Source: Mobula hypostoma
Lineage: Eukaryota
NCBI RefSeq assembly: GCF_963921235.1
Contig: NC_086097.1
Location: 71,550,001-71,614,000, forward strand
Reading direction: 5' to 3'
DNA: 64,000 nucleotides
This document shows, piece after piece, positions 38,109-52,059 of the stretch (within the stretch, counting starts at the first letter, position 1; every line of letters begins with the position of its first letter). The notes under the pieces were generated by a model. That model did no database searches. It had not been told where the DNA came from and was given only the letters and a program-made list of their open reading frames with translations. Made by a program: the position numbers and the translations under genes.

Positions 38109-38431
38109 TGTCGGGCCTCCACAGGCAGACACCTCCCGGTCTCCACCCTGCTAACAGGAGTCACCTGCCACTCATTTCCAACTCATCACCTGCAGCCTAT
38201 TTAAACCCAGCTCTTATCCACAAGCCTTGTTCATTCATCACACCAGCCAGTCTCAATCAGTTGTTCCTAGCATTCAGTTACCTTGTTGATTTGTCATAGT
38301 AAGTATTCATTCTCGCTTGTTTTGTGGTCCTTGTGGAATATTTTTGCAATTTATTTTTGAAGTGATTGCTCCCTGCTAAGTTGTCTCTGCTACTCTGCAT
38401 TTGGGTCAAGACTACTCTATATTTCTAGACA
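38109..38431 (+). repeat. 3' LTR of the Gypsy element
   Basis: Direct repeat of 33400-33724 with TG..CA ends. Confidence 0.85.
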
Positions 38432-38504
38432 CATTTCATCTAGCAACAGGACATGCCATGTGATCAGCCCCACAACATCACTGGAATTCTGGCAGAAAAC
38501 CACG

Positions 38505-38625
38505 ATATACTTCATAAAGGGTGAGCCTGAAATGTTGGGAGTTTATTATCCTCCATGGACACTGTCTGACCTGCTGAATTCCTGCAGCATTTTATGTCCA
38601 GCATCTGCGGAATCTCTTGCATTTG
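38505..38625 (+). mobile_element. Degenerate Penelope terminus fragment
   Basis: AAGGGTGAGCCTGAAATGTTG..TGACCTGCTGAATTCCTGCAGCATTTT..TCCAGCATCTGCGGAATCTC resembles 35190-35313. Confidence 0.55.
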
Positions 38626-38739
38626 TGACAGCTGCAATTGTGGTGATGTCACAGCTGTGGAGGAAACGTGACCTATGCTACCTCTTACATATGGACCTTT
38701 CCTTAACTTGGCTATCAGCAGAAATCCACAAGCATAGTT

Positions 38740-40238
38740 TTTAAATAGCAATGGTTGCTTGTGTTTGTGTTCAAAAATCAGTGATTCTTGTCACTGATAT
38801 TTGCTAAGAAATAAGCAGTAAAACAATTTAGAACTGTTTTGCTTGCTGCGGTTTCAAGCATTCAGGCTTGGAGATGCCAGAAACGGCCGTGAGTGAAAAT
38901 GAAATGATTTCACAAATTCAAGTTAGGAAGTATGAAGAATTTGAAGGTATCAGCAATCATCTTGAGTGTTACAATGAAAATGAAGATTTTGAAAGCATAA
39001 TCATCAGTAGCATTATATGAAGGCAGTCCATTATCTGGAATAGGCATCTGCACTGATTTTGTTAATTAACAGTCAAAACTTCATAACACCTCTGTACCTC
39101 CATCAGCAATTGGATCCTCGACTTCCTAACTGGGAGACCACAATCTCTGCGGATTGGTGATAACATCTCCTCCTCTCTGATGATCAACACTGGTGCACCT
39201 CAGGAGTGTGCGGTTAGCACACTGCTCTACCCTCTATATACCCATGACTGTGTGACTAGGCACAGCACAAATACCATCTATAAATGTGCTGACAATACAA
39301 CCATAGTTGGTAGAATCTCAGGTGGTGACGAGAGGGCGTACAGGAGTGAGATATGCCAACTCGTGGAGTGGTGCCGCAGCAACAACCTGGCACTCAACGA
39401 AAGAGCTGATTGTGGACTTCAGGAAGGGTAAGACGAAGGAACACATACCAATCCTCATAGAGGGATCAGAAGTGGAGAGAGTGAGCAGCTTCAAGTTCCT
39501 GGGTGTCAAGATTTCTGAGGATCCAACCTGGTCCCAATCTATTGATGTAGTTATAAAGAAGGCAAGACTTTATTAGGAGTTTGAAGAGATTTGGCATGTC
39601 AACAAATACACTCAAAAACTTCTATAGTTGTACCGTGGAGAGCATTCTGACAGGCTGCATCACTGTTTGGTATGGAGGGGCTACTGCACAGGACTGAAAG
39701 AAGCTGCAAAAGGTTGGACATCTAGTCAGCTCCATCTTGGGCACTGGCCTACAAAGTACCCAGGACGTCTTTAGGGAGCAGTGTCTCAGAAAGGTAGAGC
39801 CATTATTAAGGACCTCCAGCACCCAGTGCATGCCCTTTTCTCACTGCTACCATCAGGTAGGAGGTACAGAAGCCCGAAGGCACACACTCAGCGATTCAAG
39901 AACAGCTTCTTTCCCTCTGCTATCCGATTCCTAAATGGACATTGAATCTTTGGACACTACCTCAGTTATTTTTAGTATACAGTATTTCTGTTTTTGCAAG
40001 TTTTTAAAAAATCTATTCAATATATGTAATTGATTTACTTTCTTATTTATTATTACTATTATTTTTTTTAAAATTTTATTTCTTTTTAATATTATTTTTT
40101 TCTCTGCTAGATTATGTATCACATTGAACTGCTGCTGCTAAGTTAACAAATTTCACGTCACATGCCGGTGATAATAAACCTGATTCTGATTCTGATATAC
40201 TGGTTACAATGTGTCCGAATTAACCAGAATCCACTGTA
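38740..40238 (+). mobile_element. pogo/Tigger-like DNA transposon remnant split by a LINE
   Basis: About 38805-38858 reads EISSKTI*NCFACCGFK, like a pogo/TIGD C-terminal motif. The right end TCCGAATTAACCAGAATCCACTG+TA (40214-40238) looks like a TIR plus TA TSD. No left TIR was found. Confidence 0.5.
39080..40195 (+). mobile_element. Rex1/Babar-type LINE, 5'-truncated
   Basis: [59 protein letters not shown] motifs; tail AATAAACCTGATTCTGATTCTGA. Confidence 0.85.
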
Positions 40239-40783
40239 CAAGCATATTGTTCTGTTTGTCCCCTAGTGGTTGCTTTTGTATGATTCTGGAAGCTTCTCTT
40301 GATATCACATTATTTGAATAGGGGCTATTTGATCGGTAAACTCTGATCTACAAATTTGAATAGAATGCCAATTTATCTGGGGTATAAGAAGGGCTGAACA
40401 TGCTGGCCTGTGATCTTTAGACTTTATTTCTTTCCCTTTATTCCCTGTTTGCTCTTACACTCCTGCTACTGTCTCTTCTATTAGTGGTTATTGGCATGAT
40501 CTTTAAGCAACAAGTTTTTTGCCTTTTTCTTGACTTCTGAAAGAGACTTGAATCAAAAACATCAGAATCTAACAACACTCCTTCTTTCCAGTGGAAGCCA
40601 ATAGTGCTAGACTGCAGTTTTTTGATTAACATAGTGGAAATCCAGGATGCAAATAGCTTTTGCAGATAAAATACACTTTTATTATATGACAAAGTAACAT
40701 TAATTAACTTTCTATTTTCTGGAAATTTTCTAGGACCAATCTCTGATTCCAGTTGCTTATGAAACCCTACTAGTTTCCTTGGC

Positions 40784-41228
40784 TGCATAGTTCTAGGGAA
40801 TATAGGAATTAAAAGAATTATATTTATGAATCTTAAGGATAACTAAAGGATTAGTAAGGAAAAGAAAGAAAAAAACAAAAAAGGCCCATTATAATTAAAC
40901 AGTCGAATATGCACAAATCGGAACTCAAATCTTTTCTAAATTCATGTTCACCAATCCTCAGTCAATCTTGACGCCAGGGTCCATCAGATCATGGTCCCCA
41001 CCGGGTTGAATCCTATGACTGGTTCTCTCCAGCGTCTTCTCTCATCATTTCTTGCTGAACAAAAACAAAACCAAGACCAACCTTCCTAATGGATGACACA
41101 CATTCCTCATCATCCCTTATCTTCAGCAGTAACCCAAACAGGCTGAAAGCAGAACAGACTGCCCTTACAGAACTGCTAAGGTGAAATACTTACAGCATAA
41201 CAGTAAAAATGTGAACCAGTGTGTTACA
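40784..41228. mobile_element. Possible solo LTR
   Basis: Block ending GTGTTACA with a TG start candidate; no TSD found and no second copy in the window. Confidence 0.25.
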
Positions 41229-41314
41229 CTTAATTGGAAAATAAAATATTAATAAGAGCAAAACAACCACTTGTAAATTTGTTGGTGGAGCCAAGTTAAG
41301 CTTTTGTGAAGCAT

Positions 41315-41803
41315 GAGTCCAGAGGAGGTTCACAAGGATGATTCCGGGAACGAAGGGGTTAACATATGAGGAGCGTTTGGCAGCTTTGTGCCTGTACTCA
41401 CTAGAATTTAGATGAATGCAGGAGAATCTCATTGAAACCTACTTTATGTTGAAAGGACTAGATAAGGTGGATGTGGAGAGGATGTTTCCTTTGGTGGAGA
41501 TATCCAGAACTAGAAGGCACAGCCTCAAAATTGAGGGGTGACCCTTTAGAACAGAGGCAATGACGAATTCTATTAGTCAGACAGTAATGAATCTGTGGAA
41601 TGCTCTGCCACAGACTGTGGTGGAGGTCAAATCTGAGAATACATTTAAGGCAGAAGTTGATAGTTTCCTAATCAAAACATCAAATGATACGTCGAGAAGC
41701 AGGTGTATGGGGTTGAGTGGGATCTGGGATCAGCCATGATGGAATGGCAGAACATACTCAATGGGCTGAATGGCCTAATTCTACTCCTATGTCTTATGGT
41801 CTT
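41315..41803 (+). mobile_element. CR1 LINE 3' fragment
   Basis: VQRRFTRMIPG..YEERL..LYSLE remnants; ends GGCCTAATTCTACTCCTATGTCTTATGGTCT. Confidence 0.85.
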
Positions 41804-41854
41804 AAGGCTTTATGATATTTATGACACTGGGCGTAATTGTATGTTTTACATGTT

Positions 41855-42160
41855 ACCCACCCATGGGAAAGACTTTGGGAATAAACCCCGAGGAAGAAGT
41901 CTGGAGCCGGGGTCCCTAAGGCAGCTTGATGTTGTTTACATCTTCACTCTGGCAGCCTCTGTGATGACACTGGTGCCAAGCTGTATTGGCACTTGCCCTT
42001 CCCTTGGACTACATCAGTGACGTGGAGAGGGGGAACTGGCTGCCTGGGCAACAGCAGGTTCTTCAAATCTTCCCACCCAAGCTTGCACCCTGGAGAGGAC
42101 ACAGTCCACCAGAGACTCAAACCCATGATCCCTGGAGATCAATGGCTGCCTACTACTACA
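41855..42160 (+). mobile_element. Possible short non-autonomous retroelement (RTE-related?)
   Basis: GC-richer block ending in a (CTA)n-like tail GCCTACTACTAC; family assignment tentative. Confidence 0.3.
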
Positions 42161-42879
42161 TGTTTAATTGACCAAAATAATTTTTTTTGTCAGTTTTGAA
42201 TTTTAAACTAAAGCAAGCAACCCTGCTCCAATGTGCTTTATGTGATTCATTGGTTTACTTATGAAAACTAGAGAGTGACCAAATTATTAAAGGATTGCCG
42301 TGTGTTAGCCCAAGGTGTTACATAAAATACAACTTATAAAGCATTGCCTCAGGCAAACAGATAAAATGCGTTATGATTTCATTCTTTATTGAGCTTAATA
42401 AATTACAAAAACATGGAAACTTTAACATTGTAAAGAATCCCATACCACCGCACAGCAACATTACTAAACATAGGCTAATGTTGGGATGTGAGGTGAAATG
42501 ACCAAATCCTTGGTGAAAGTGGAACGCTTTACAGGGTGCATTAAAGGGAGAAAAAACAGACATGAAGTACAGAGGGCTTTTGAGAGGGAACTACAGACCC
42601 CAGATCTTTGCAGATAGACGTATACTGTACCTGGCAGGGGTCATCATTAAATTTGTGGTTGATCCAGAAGCCAGGATTTGAGGAGAGCAAGTATCTCAGA
42701 GATGAAACAGCTGGAGGAGGTTGCAGTGAGGGAAAGACCACACAGGGATTTGAAAACAAGAGAGAAAATGTCAAAAACAAGCAAATTCTTAATGGAGAGT
42801 AAAAAAAAAGTCACTAAGGACCTCTTTAATAGAGTCATGGAAAGTTTCCCCCCATATTCTCCTTATGTTTCTTTTTTCT

Positions 42880-44105
42880 TCAGATACATAAAGTGTAAAA
42901 GAGAGGCAAGAGTGGATATCAGACCATTTGAAAACAATGCTGGCGAGGCAGTAATGGGGGACAATGAAATGGCAGAGTAACTGAATAGTATTTTGTATCA
43001 GTCTTCACGGTGGAAGACATCAGCAGTGTGGTGAAAGTTCCATGTGTCAGGGGCCGTAGAGTGTGTGAAATTACCATAACTGGCGAGAAGGTTCTTTGGA
43101 AACTGAAAGGTCTGGACCAGATGGAGTACACCCCAGGGTTCTGAAAGAGGTGGCTGAAGAGATTGTTGAGTCATTAGTAATGATCTTTCTAGAATCACTA
43201 GATTCTGGAATGGTTCTGGAAGACTGGAAAATTGCAAATGTCACCCCACTCTTCAAGAAGGGAGAGAGGCAGAAGAAAGGAAACTACGGGCCAGTTTGTC
43301 TGACCTCATTGGTTGGGAAGATGTTGGAGTCAATTATTAAGGATAAGGTCTCAGGAGATGCATGATAAAAAAGCCCATAATCAGCATGGTTCCCTCAAGG
43401 GAAAATCTTGCCTGACAAATCTGAAGAAATAACAAGCAACATAGACAAAGGAGAATCAGTTGATGTTGTGTACTTGGGTTTTCAGAAGGCCTTTGACAAG
43501 GTGCTACACATAAGGCTGCTTAACAAGCTACAAACCCATGGAATTATAGGAAAGATTCTAGCGTGGATAAACCAGTGGCTGATAGGCAGGAAGTAAAGGG
43601 TGGGAATAAAGGGAGCCTTTTCTGGCAGGCTGCCAGTGATTAGTGGTATTCCACAGGGGTCTCTGTTGGGACCAATTCTTTTTACATTATATGTATTTTC
43701 TGGAATTCAGAAGAATGAGGAGTGACGTAATTGAAACCCATCAAATGGTGCAAGGCCTTGATCAAGTAGATGTGAAGTGGATGCTTACTATGGTGAGAGA
43801 GTCTAAACCAAAGGACACAATCTCAGAATAGAGGGACTTTCTTTTTGAATGGAGATGAGGAGGAATTTCTTTAGCCAGAGAGTGGTGAATCTGTAGAATT
43901 CATTGCCATAGGCAACTGTGGAGCCCAAGTCTGTATATATATTTAAGGCAGAGGTTGATGGATTCTTGATTGGTCAGGGCATGAAGGGATATGAGGAGAA
44001 GGCAGGAGACTGGGGCTGAGAGGAAAATTGGATCAGCCATGATGAAATAGCGGAACGAACTCAATGGGCGAAATAGCCTAATTCTGCTCCTATATCTTAT
44101 GATCT
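42880..44105 (+). mobile_element. CR1 LINE fragment with internal deletion
   Basis: SGPDGVHPRVLKE, DWKIANVTPLFKKG, VDVVYLGFQKAFDKV, then a jump to the C-terminus (LEFRRMRSD) and a CR1 tail CCTAATTCTGCTCCTATATCTTATG. Confidence 0.85.
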
Positions 44106-44109
44106 GGCT

Positions 44110-46590
44110 GGTCCAGTTCCCACCACAAGCTTCAGTAGTCATCCACACTGTTTACTACACTCTCAATCTTGGTGTTATCCACAAATTTGCTGATGCAGTT
44201 TAGCACATTATCATCCAGATCATAGATATAGGTGGTTGATAACAACGGACCCAGCACTGATCCCTGTGGTACACCACTTGTCACAGGCTTCTAGTCAGTG
44301 ACGCAACCATCTACTACCATTCTCCGGCTTCTACCTTGAAGCCAATGTCTAATTCAATTTATTATGTCACCTTGAATGCCAAACAACTGAATCTTCTCGA
44401 CTAACATTCCATGTGGGACCTTGTCAAAACTTTGTAGATGTCAAAGCCCATGTAGATTATACTGCCTTGTCTTCATCAACATTCCTGATAACTTCCTTGG
44501 AAAGCACTATAAGGTTGGTTAAACATGACTTACCAGGCACAAAGCCATGATGACGATCTCTACTCAGTCCCTGTCTGTTCAAATACTTATATATCTGGTT
44601 CTTAGAATACCCTCCAGTAACTTTCCCACTGCAGTTATCAGGCTGACTGGCCTATAATTTCCTGGCTTATTCTTAGAGCCTTTCTTAAACAATGGAACAG
44701 CATTAGCTAACCTTCTGTCCTCCAACACCACCCGCATGGCTAAGGATGTTTTAAATATCTCTGCTAGGGTCCTTGCAACTTCTGTATTAGTCTCCCACAG
44801 TGTCCGAGGGATCACCTTGTCAGGCCCTGGGGATTTATTCACCCTAATTTTCCTCAAGACAGCAAGTACTTTCTTGCATTTCTTATACTTCTCAAGTACT
44901 TCATTTGTTCCTACCTGCCTAAACCTCCTAGGCACCTCTTATTTTTTCTTAACCAGGGCCTCAATGTCTCTTGAAAATCACGGTTCCCTAAACCCGTTGT
45001 CCTTGCCTTTTATTCTGATAGGACATTACAAACTCTGTACTCTCAAAATTTCACTTTTGAAGGCCTCCCACTTACCAAGTACACCTTTGACAGAAACCAA
45101 TCTGCCCCAATCCACACTTGCCAGGTCCTTTCTGATACCATCAAAGTTGGCCTTTCTCCAATTTAGAATCTCAACCCATGGACCAGACCTATCCTTTCCC
45201 ATAACTACTCCGAAACTAATGGCATTATGATCATTAGATGCAAATGTTCCCCTGCATAAACTTCTGTTACCTGTCCTGTCTCATTCCCTAATAGGAGATC
45301 TAGTATCACACTCTCTCTAGTTGGGACTTCTACGCACTGATTAAGGAAACTTCCTTGAACACACTTGACAAACTTTTTACCATCCAGCCCTTTAACAGTG
45401 TGGAAATCCCAGTCAATATGTGGAAAGTTGAAATCATCTACTATCACGATCTTAAGTTTCTTGCAACAGCCTGTGATCTCTCTACAAATTTGCTCCTCTG
45501 AATCCCGTGGACTGCTGGGTGGTCTATAGTATAATCCCATTAATGAGGCCATACCTGTTTATTCCTTAGTTCTACACATAAAGCCTCACTAGATGAGCTC
45601 TCTAGTTTGTCCTGACTGAGCACCATAGTGAAATTTTTCCTGATAGTAATGCCACCTTTAACCCCTCCTGCTCTATTAGGTTTAAAACCCAACAGAACCT
45701 CGGAATACTAAGCTGCCACTTCTTCTCCTCCTGCAACCAAATCTCACTAATGGCTACAATGTCATAACTCCATGTGCAGAACCATGCACTAAATTCACCC
45801 ACCTTTCCTCAAATACTCCTTGCATTGAAATATATGCAGCTCAGAACCTTTGTCCCTCCATGCTTGACATTTTGATTCCTGCTTTGTATGTCAGTTCAAC
45901 ATCTTTCTCCACAAACACTGCACCATCTGTTCTGGTGCTCTGGTTTATATCCCCCTGCAGCTCTAGTTTAAACCACACCGTGCAACACTAGCAAACTCTC
46001 CTGCTAGGATATTAGTCCTCTTCCAGTTCAGGAGCAAACTATCCCACCTGTACGGGTCTCAGCTTACCCGGAAGAAAGCCCAATGATTCAAAAATCTGAA
46101 GACCTCAACCCTCCACCTTCTCCTTAGCCATGTGTTCAACTGTACGATCTTCCTCACTAGCATGTGGCATAGGTTGCAATCCTGAGGTTGCAACCCTGGG
46201 TGTCCTGCTTTTTAGCTTAGCACTAACTTCCTGAACTTACTTTGCAGAACCTCGTCGTTCCTGTTACCCATGTAATTGGTACCAACATGGACCACGGTCT
46301 CTAGCTGCTCACTCTTCCACTTAAGAATGCTGTGGACTTGATCCGAGATGTCCCTGACCTTGGCATTTGGGAGACAACAAACCATCTGGGAACACTCTCA
46401 TTCACAGAGTCTCCTTTCTGTTCCCCTAATCAATGAATCTTCTATTACTACAGTTTGCTTCTTCTCCCCCTTCACATCTGAGGCACAGAGCCAGAATCAT
46501 TGCCAAAGAACTGACTGCTGTGACTTTCCTCTGCTAGGTCACCCCTTCCACCACCCCCTTGGTATCCAAAGTGGTACACCAGTTGTTAAA
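44110..46590 (-). mobile_element. Decayed CR1 LINE: ORF1 esterase remnant, APE endonuclease and RT N-terminal half
   Basis: VVHVGTN (reverse of ~46275-46295, SGNH-type ORF1), YDIVAISEIWL, GLYYRPP, DDFNFPHIDW, LDLLLGN, KSPGPD, NYRPVSL and [10 protein letters not shown]. Confidence 0.8.
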
Positions 46591-46734
46591 GGAAACATCA
46601 AGTTGATAGGATATAGTAAACTGGTCAGAATTTCTTCGGAATTGTCTGGCGCAAAGAAAGACATATAAGGAAGTTGCAACAGCAACTTAGTGTAGTCAGA
46701 TAGAAATAAATATTCTCAGTTGCTATCATGGAAA

Positions 46735-47330
46735 TATAAGACCATAAGATAAAGGAACTGAATTAGGCCATTTGGTCCTTCGATTTTCATTATGGCTGAT
46801 CCATTTCCCTCTCAGCCCCAACCTCCTGCCTTCTCTCCATAACTCTTCATGCCCAGACTATTCAAGAATCTATAAATCTCTTCCTTAAGCATAACCGTTG
46901 ACTTGGCATCCACAGCCACCAGTGGCAGCAAATTCCACAGATTCAACACTGTCAGGCTAAAGAAATTTTTCTCATCTCTGTTCTAAATGGTCATTCCTAT
47001 ATTCCGAGGCTGTGCCCTCTGGTTCTAGACTCCCCCACCATGGGAAACATCCTCTCAACATCCACTCAATCGAGACCTTTCAACATTTGATAGGTTTCAA
47101 TGAGATCCTCTCCTCATTCTTTTGAATTCCAGTGAGTACATGCCCAGAGCCATCAATTGCTCCCTATATGGTAAACCTTTCATTCCCGGAATCATTCTCA
47201 TGAATGTCCTCTGAACCTCTTCCAATGCCAGCTGGTCTTTTCTTAGATAGGGGGCTCAAAACATCTCACAAAACTCCAAGTGAGGCTTCACCAATGCCTT
47301 ATAAAGGCTCAGCTTTACATTCTTGCTTCT
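46735..47330 (-). mobile_element. CR1 LINE 3' fragment
   Basis: Reverse complement resembles 41315-41803 and 58065-58575; tail ATAAGACCATAAGAT on the plus strand. Confidence 0.8.
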
Positions 47331-47507
47331 ATTATTTGATTTCATTTGCAATTATTTGATTTAATTGAATTAATTTATATTTATTTAATTGTTTTCATAT
47401 TTACCAGTGTTTTACTGTTTCAATCCTATTAAATATAAAAAATGCACAAATTAATATATTATAAAGAGTAAATTTTATTTTTAATTGCTTTAAGAAATGT
47501 TCACTTT

Positions 47508-48075
47508 TCAGAATCAATCAAAATCAGAATCAGCTTTATTGACACTAATACATGATGGGAAATTTGTAATTTTGTGGCAGCAGCACAACTTATAAATTAC
47601 AAAAATAAATATACAGTGCAACAAAAGAAATAATGAGTTTGCACTCATCAATTCATGAACCATTCAGAAACTTGCTGAAGTAAGAGAAGAAGGGAACATT
47701 AGGGGGGGCTTCTTCACACAGAGAGTGGTGGGAGTATGGAATGAGCTGCCAGACGAGGTGGTAAATGCGGGTTCTTTTTTTAACATTTAAGAATAAATTG
47801 GACAGATACATGGATGGGAGGTGTATGGAGGGATATGGTCTGTGTGCAGGTCAGTGGGACTAGGCAGAAAATGGTTCGGCACAGCCAAGAAGGGCCAAAG
47901 GGCCTGTTTCTGTGCTGTAGTTTCTATGGTTCGATGGTTCTAAGAAGTTGTTCCTGAATACTTGAGTGTGGGTCTTCAAGCTCCTGTACCTCCTCCCTGA
48001 CTGTGGTAATGAGAAGGGGGCACATCTAGATGGTGATGATCTTTAGTCATGGTTGCCACTTCTTGAGGCACCATA
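47508..48075 (-). mobile_element. Rex1/Babar-type 3' fragment interrupted by a CR1 3' end
   Basis: Tail TCAGAATCAATCAAAATCAGAATCAGCTTTATT; continues at 47948 (TTGTTCCTGAAT..CTCCTGTACCTCC..GGTAATGAGAAGGGGGCA), reverse-similar to 39830-39910. Confidence 0.65.
47693..47941 (+). mobile_element. Short CR1 3' end inserted in the Rex fragment
   Basis: FFTQRVVGVWNELP remnant and tail TTTCTATGGTTCGATGGTTCT; candidate TSD AAGAAG at 47687-47692 and 47942-47947. Confidence 0.75.
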
Positions 48076-51000
48076 TCCACTGAGCCACTGATATCCATAT
48101 AGTCAGCCTGGGTAGTCCAATTTACAGTATTTTTTGGCATTTGCATCCAGAAGGCCCTGCAATGCATTTATGTATTTCAATCATTCAGGCAGTTTTGCTG
48201 AAGACTTCTATCAGGGTTGGTGCATTGTTGACTGATGAGCAAGGATGGATTTCTTTTCATAAAATTGAAGACATTTCCCCATCTATTTGGTGCTGTAAGT
48301 TTTTTTGCATTTAAATGCATGTTGGAATGGACTGTGATCAGCCACTGAGAGCTTGCATGCACAAAGACATGGTATTTAATTGATTTGTATCTTAAAACTT
48401 GACTAAATGTCAGAATCTCTTCCCTAATCACCAGCGCATTTTATCAACTTCTAAAAATGCTAGCCAGGCAATATCATATTTTGCTACCCTACAGCCACCT
48501 TTAACTTCTAATAGATCCCAGGTCCTTCAGAATGGGTTTTACAATGGTATTGAGAAGGAAGCCATATAGAGAATGTAGAAGGGTGGGATAAAATTAGACT
48601 TGGGCAGAAAGAACAAACAGTTGTGTTATTTGAAAGAAGTTGACACAAATACTTGGCCCAGCGTTCTATTATCTAATGGTGGATTGATAGAAATCTATAG
48701 CATCTGTTTAACAGGGTTGGGTACCAACATGCTGGAAATTGTAATAACTAATAACTTACCCAGTATGATGCTAGCTACACAGATCCACTTATGGGAGGTT
48801 AAGCTTCAAATTTGCCTTGAACAGTTGACCAAGGATGAAGGCCAGAAAAATTACCTCAGTTTTTCTCATGGTGATAATGCTGAAAGCGTTCTGCTGAATC
48901 TGCAGAGACATTCTATCAGTTTTGCATGAAATACCCAATGCTCTATACAGGATTGCCAGCAATTCTCAGATTTCCACATGTGCATACAATATTATAGAAG
49001 TTTAGTTCTTGTTGGTAGCTGATCACTGATGGTTTCCTTTTTGTTGGCAAGTATGGTGTGGCAACAATACTCTGGTGCCTACACCAGGGACTACATTCAA
49101 CAAACTGTGGCTATTCAAGAAGTTCTTCTACATTTCTACAGAAGAGAGTAACTGCAAGCGATTAAGATATTCCATTTCTTTATTTTTTTTAATTGTTTGA
49201 ATTTAAATGGTTTTACATTATAGCAGTTTTTCACAGTTTTTATAGTTTGATTTTAAAATAAAATTGTTTCAGAATATCTTTTCTGAGCATCAGAAATACT
49301 GATACAGTATGCCAAGAAATTCACTCCAGCTAGTGGCACTGAGCATACTGAACGGATAGGAATCAGTAAGAGAGGAGCAGCCCCCTGTTGTAGTCTCCCT
49401 CCAGATTTCAGACCATTGTGCAAATGACAAATGTGATCATGCTTTCTTATGTCAGTGGTGAGTGCAGATGCAGAATCCACGGTCCTGATGCAGGGTTTCA
49501 TCTCAACCGTCAACCTTTTCCTTCCTCTCACTGATCGACCCACTGGGTTCTTCCAGAAGGTTGTGTTGCAGATGGAAGCCCTTATTTTAGTTTCCATATT
49601 ATCAGCATATCAAACCCTTCTTAGTTTTGAATAATTATTTTATAGAATTATACACCAAGTATATACCATTAGATATTTTAAGACAAGGGAGTTCTATAAG
49701 CAGAAATCATAATCTAGTGGTGGTTGAAAGGCTCAGTTCTACTTCATCTGGTGCTTAAGACCCAAACCATGGGCTAAATGGTGTAGAGTTCAGTCTGCTG
49801 TCTGGGATCTATGCCTAGACTTGCCATCCTCTCCCTCCCCCACTGACCATATATTCTCTTCTTACTAATCTGGTACAGATGTATGATTAGAATCAATCAA
49901 ATTCCTCGGAGCCTCTGTATGCTGGAAAATGGCAAGCCGTGGTAGGCCCTCAGATGTGAGCAGGCTCAGGATCTGTCATTGAACACCCTGATGGTTCTTG
50001 TCCACAAGCTGAAGTGGCGGAGACGGAACTTTGTCTTGTATTGAGGCTGTCAAGGAAGTAAAATATTTTTTAAAGTCTCTGACTTTCAGCGACGCTTAAA
50101 ATCTATTAAAATTGCAGTAGGTAATTAAAAATGAAAATCATTTATAATTTAAATAAAGTTCATTATTAATACAAGTCATTTCAAAGATATAAAACTAAAA
50201 TAATTTCAAAAAATAACTGGCCTCCTTAATCCCACATATGCTGCTTGACCTGCTGAGTACCTTCAGAATTTTCTGTTATGATAACAACTGGGTTGGCCAA
50301 TTAGCACTTCCTTTTGTGCAGAATATCGTGGAATTGGCAGTAACTGATCAAACTGCAAGAATCTGGATCATTTTCCTTTTTTATTCTGGAATTATCACTG
50401 CAGTGTTTTGACACCATCTAGAGGATGTAGTAGGCATTCATCTAAAACTGGTTAAGTATAATCCAAGATTTGAAAAACTATAATATATAATATATATTAC
50501 CACTAAATACATTGAATGATGTTAGTGGAAGGATGAGTGACTTGTTATGATCTTGGAACAGTTCAGACAGTCACATTCAAAACAGGAGTAGGTGTGCAAT
50601 ACAAGATCAGGTTTTTAAGGTTGAAATGATGGTCTATCCTAATATTACTCAGCCCTTTCCTATCTTGAGCATTGTTGGGCCCTTGGTTGTGCCGCTAGTT
50701 TATCAATATTTGATTTCTGAACTTTCGGATACCCAGGGCTGCTGGAGGGATTGTGGAGCAGGAACCTGCCTCATTTTAGGACAAGGGGGTTCCTATTCTT
50801 GTCACCAGCGTGGGCACTCCAGCCATGCCCTTTCAGTGTCCTCTCTGTGTCCAGCCCAGGCAGCCACAGCTCAGGCAGGATGGTGCAATTAAGTCACGCC
50901 CAGGGTCAGAACTGCCCTCAGCTGCCCCCCTGTTACCACTTGCTGCCTCCTCCACCAGCTCAGGTACACTGGGGTGGGGGGGGGGGTGTCTAGTGCTCTT

Positions 51001-51339
51001 CATAGAATAGTGAGCCTAGTAAAGACATATGCTGGACTGGGACAAATAGAAAGGCTGCAGTAAATAGCTAATGATGCCATTGAGGGCTTTCTTGTGATTA
51101 ATTTGCACTGTGCAAACCTTCTTATCAAATGCTTCTGCTTTCAAAACTTTGTTTGCAGTAGGTGCAACTGAATTAAGAAGAAACAAATACAGGAATGGGA
51201 ATGAAGCAAATCTTTATTCTTCTAAGAGGTGATAATGGCCAAAATCCAATGGCTTGCTGAGGAGTTCACTTCACTTCCCATGCTACAGGAGTGCTGGAGG
51301 AGAAGGAAATTCAATGTGAACTGCTCCGAGTCTTGTGTT

Positions 51340-51530
51340 AATACTTACAACACATCACCATTCAGCTTATCCTCCTTCCCCACTCCTCACCTTCTTATCC
51401 TGGCATCTTCCCCCTTCCTTTCCAGCCCTGATGTAGATGCTTGGCCCTATACAGCAACTGTTTATTCATTCCTACAGATGCTGCCTGACCTGCTGAGATC
51501 CTCAGCATTTTGTGTGTATTGTGTTGTATT
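51340..51530 (+). mobile_element. Degenerate Penelope terminus fragment
   Basis: Pyrimidine-rich stretch, a CCTGATGTA core remnant, then GATGCTGCCTGACCTGCTGAGATCCTCAGCATTTTGTGTG. Weaker relatives lie at ~49480-49570 and ~50232-50277. Confidence 0.6.
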
Positions 51531-52059
51531 AGAGATAGAGCACTCGGGAAGGTAAGTGTCTTTTCCAAGTGAGGAGCCTGTTTGATTTTGCAGGCATTCA
51601 ATACCCAGGTGACTTCTGTTGCTCCCGTTCCTCCATTTTTCATGGAACAGGTAAGTAATATCCCTTAGGTTAATATCCTCTTTTCTTCTGCCAGGTCCAG
51701 TCTATAAGAGCAATGCTGCATCAACAAACACGTGGCAGGAGTGCTTCTGATGGGCATCGCAACCATGCAGGCTCGTGCTCAGCTTTTCTCAGCACCACTG
51801 AATTGATTAAGATGTCACCTACATTTGGGAAACCACCCTCAGCTCTAGTTACAATAGAAGGTGATGCCACCGCCTCGACACAAACTTCCACAAGCTGCTG
51901 AATAATGTGTCATTCAGACATTATTCATGGACCCGGGTTTCAGATGAACCTGGTGTGTCTTCTATCTGAAGTGAACGGTCATTGGCAGATTTTGCTGCAT
52001 TGCTATAGGAACTTCTTACACTGCTTATTGGCTTTGCTTATGCTTATATAACTTCTCCA

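Larger units (their letters stand above)
33400..38431 (+). mobile_element. Decayed Ty3/Gypsy (Tf1/sushi-like) LTR retrotransposon with both LTRs
   Basis: Diverged direct LTRs TG..CA at 33400-33724 and 38109-38431; candidate TSD CATCT/CATTT. Gag-like VAFVISLLTG*ALTWA (~35520-35575), RT YLDD at 35895-35906, RNase H-like PFVVKVDTSD and IWTDH, integrase [10 protein letters not shown] and VDRFSK. Confidence 0.85.

Noticed and set aside
51783..51800. REST/NRSE motif (TCAGCACC)
   Set aside because: Only the left half-site; the GGACAG half is absent.
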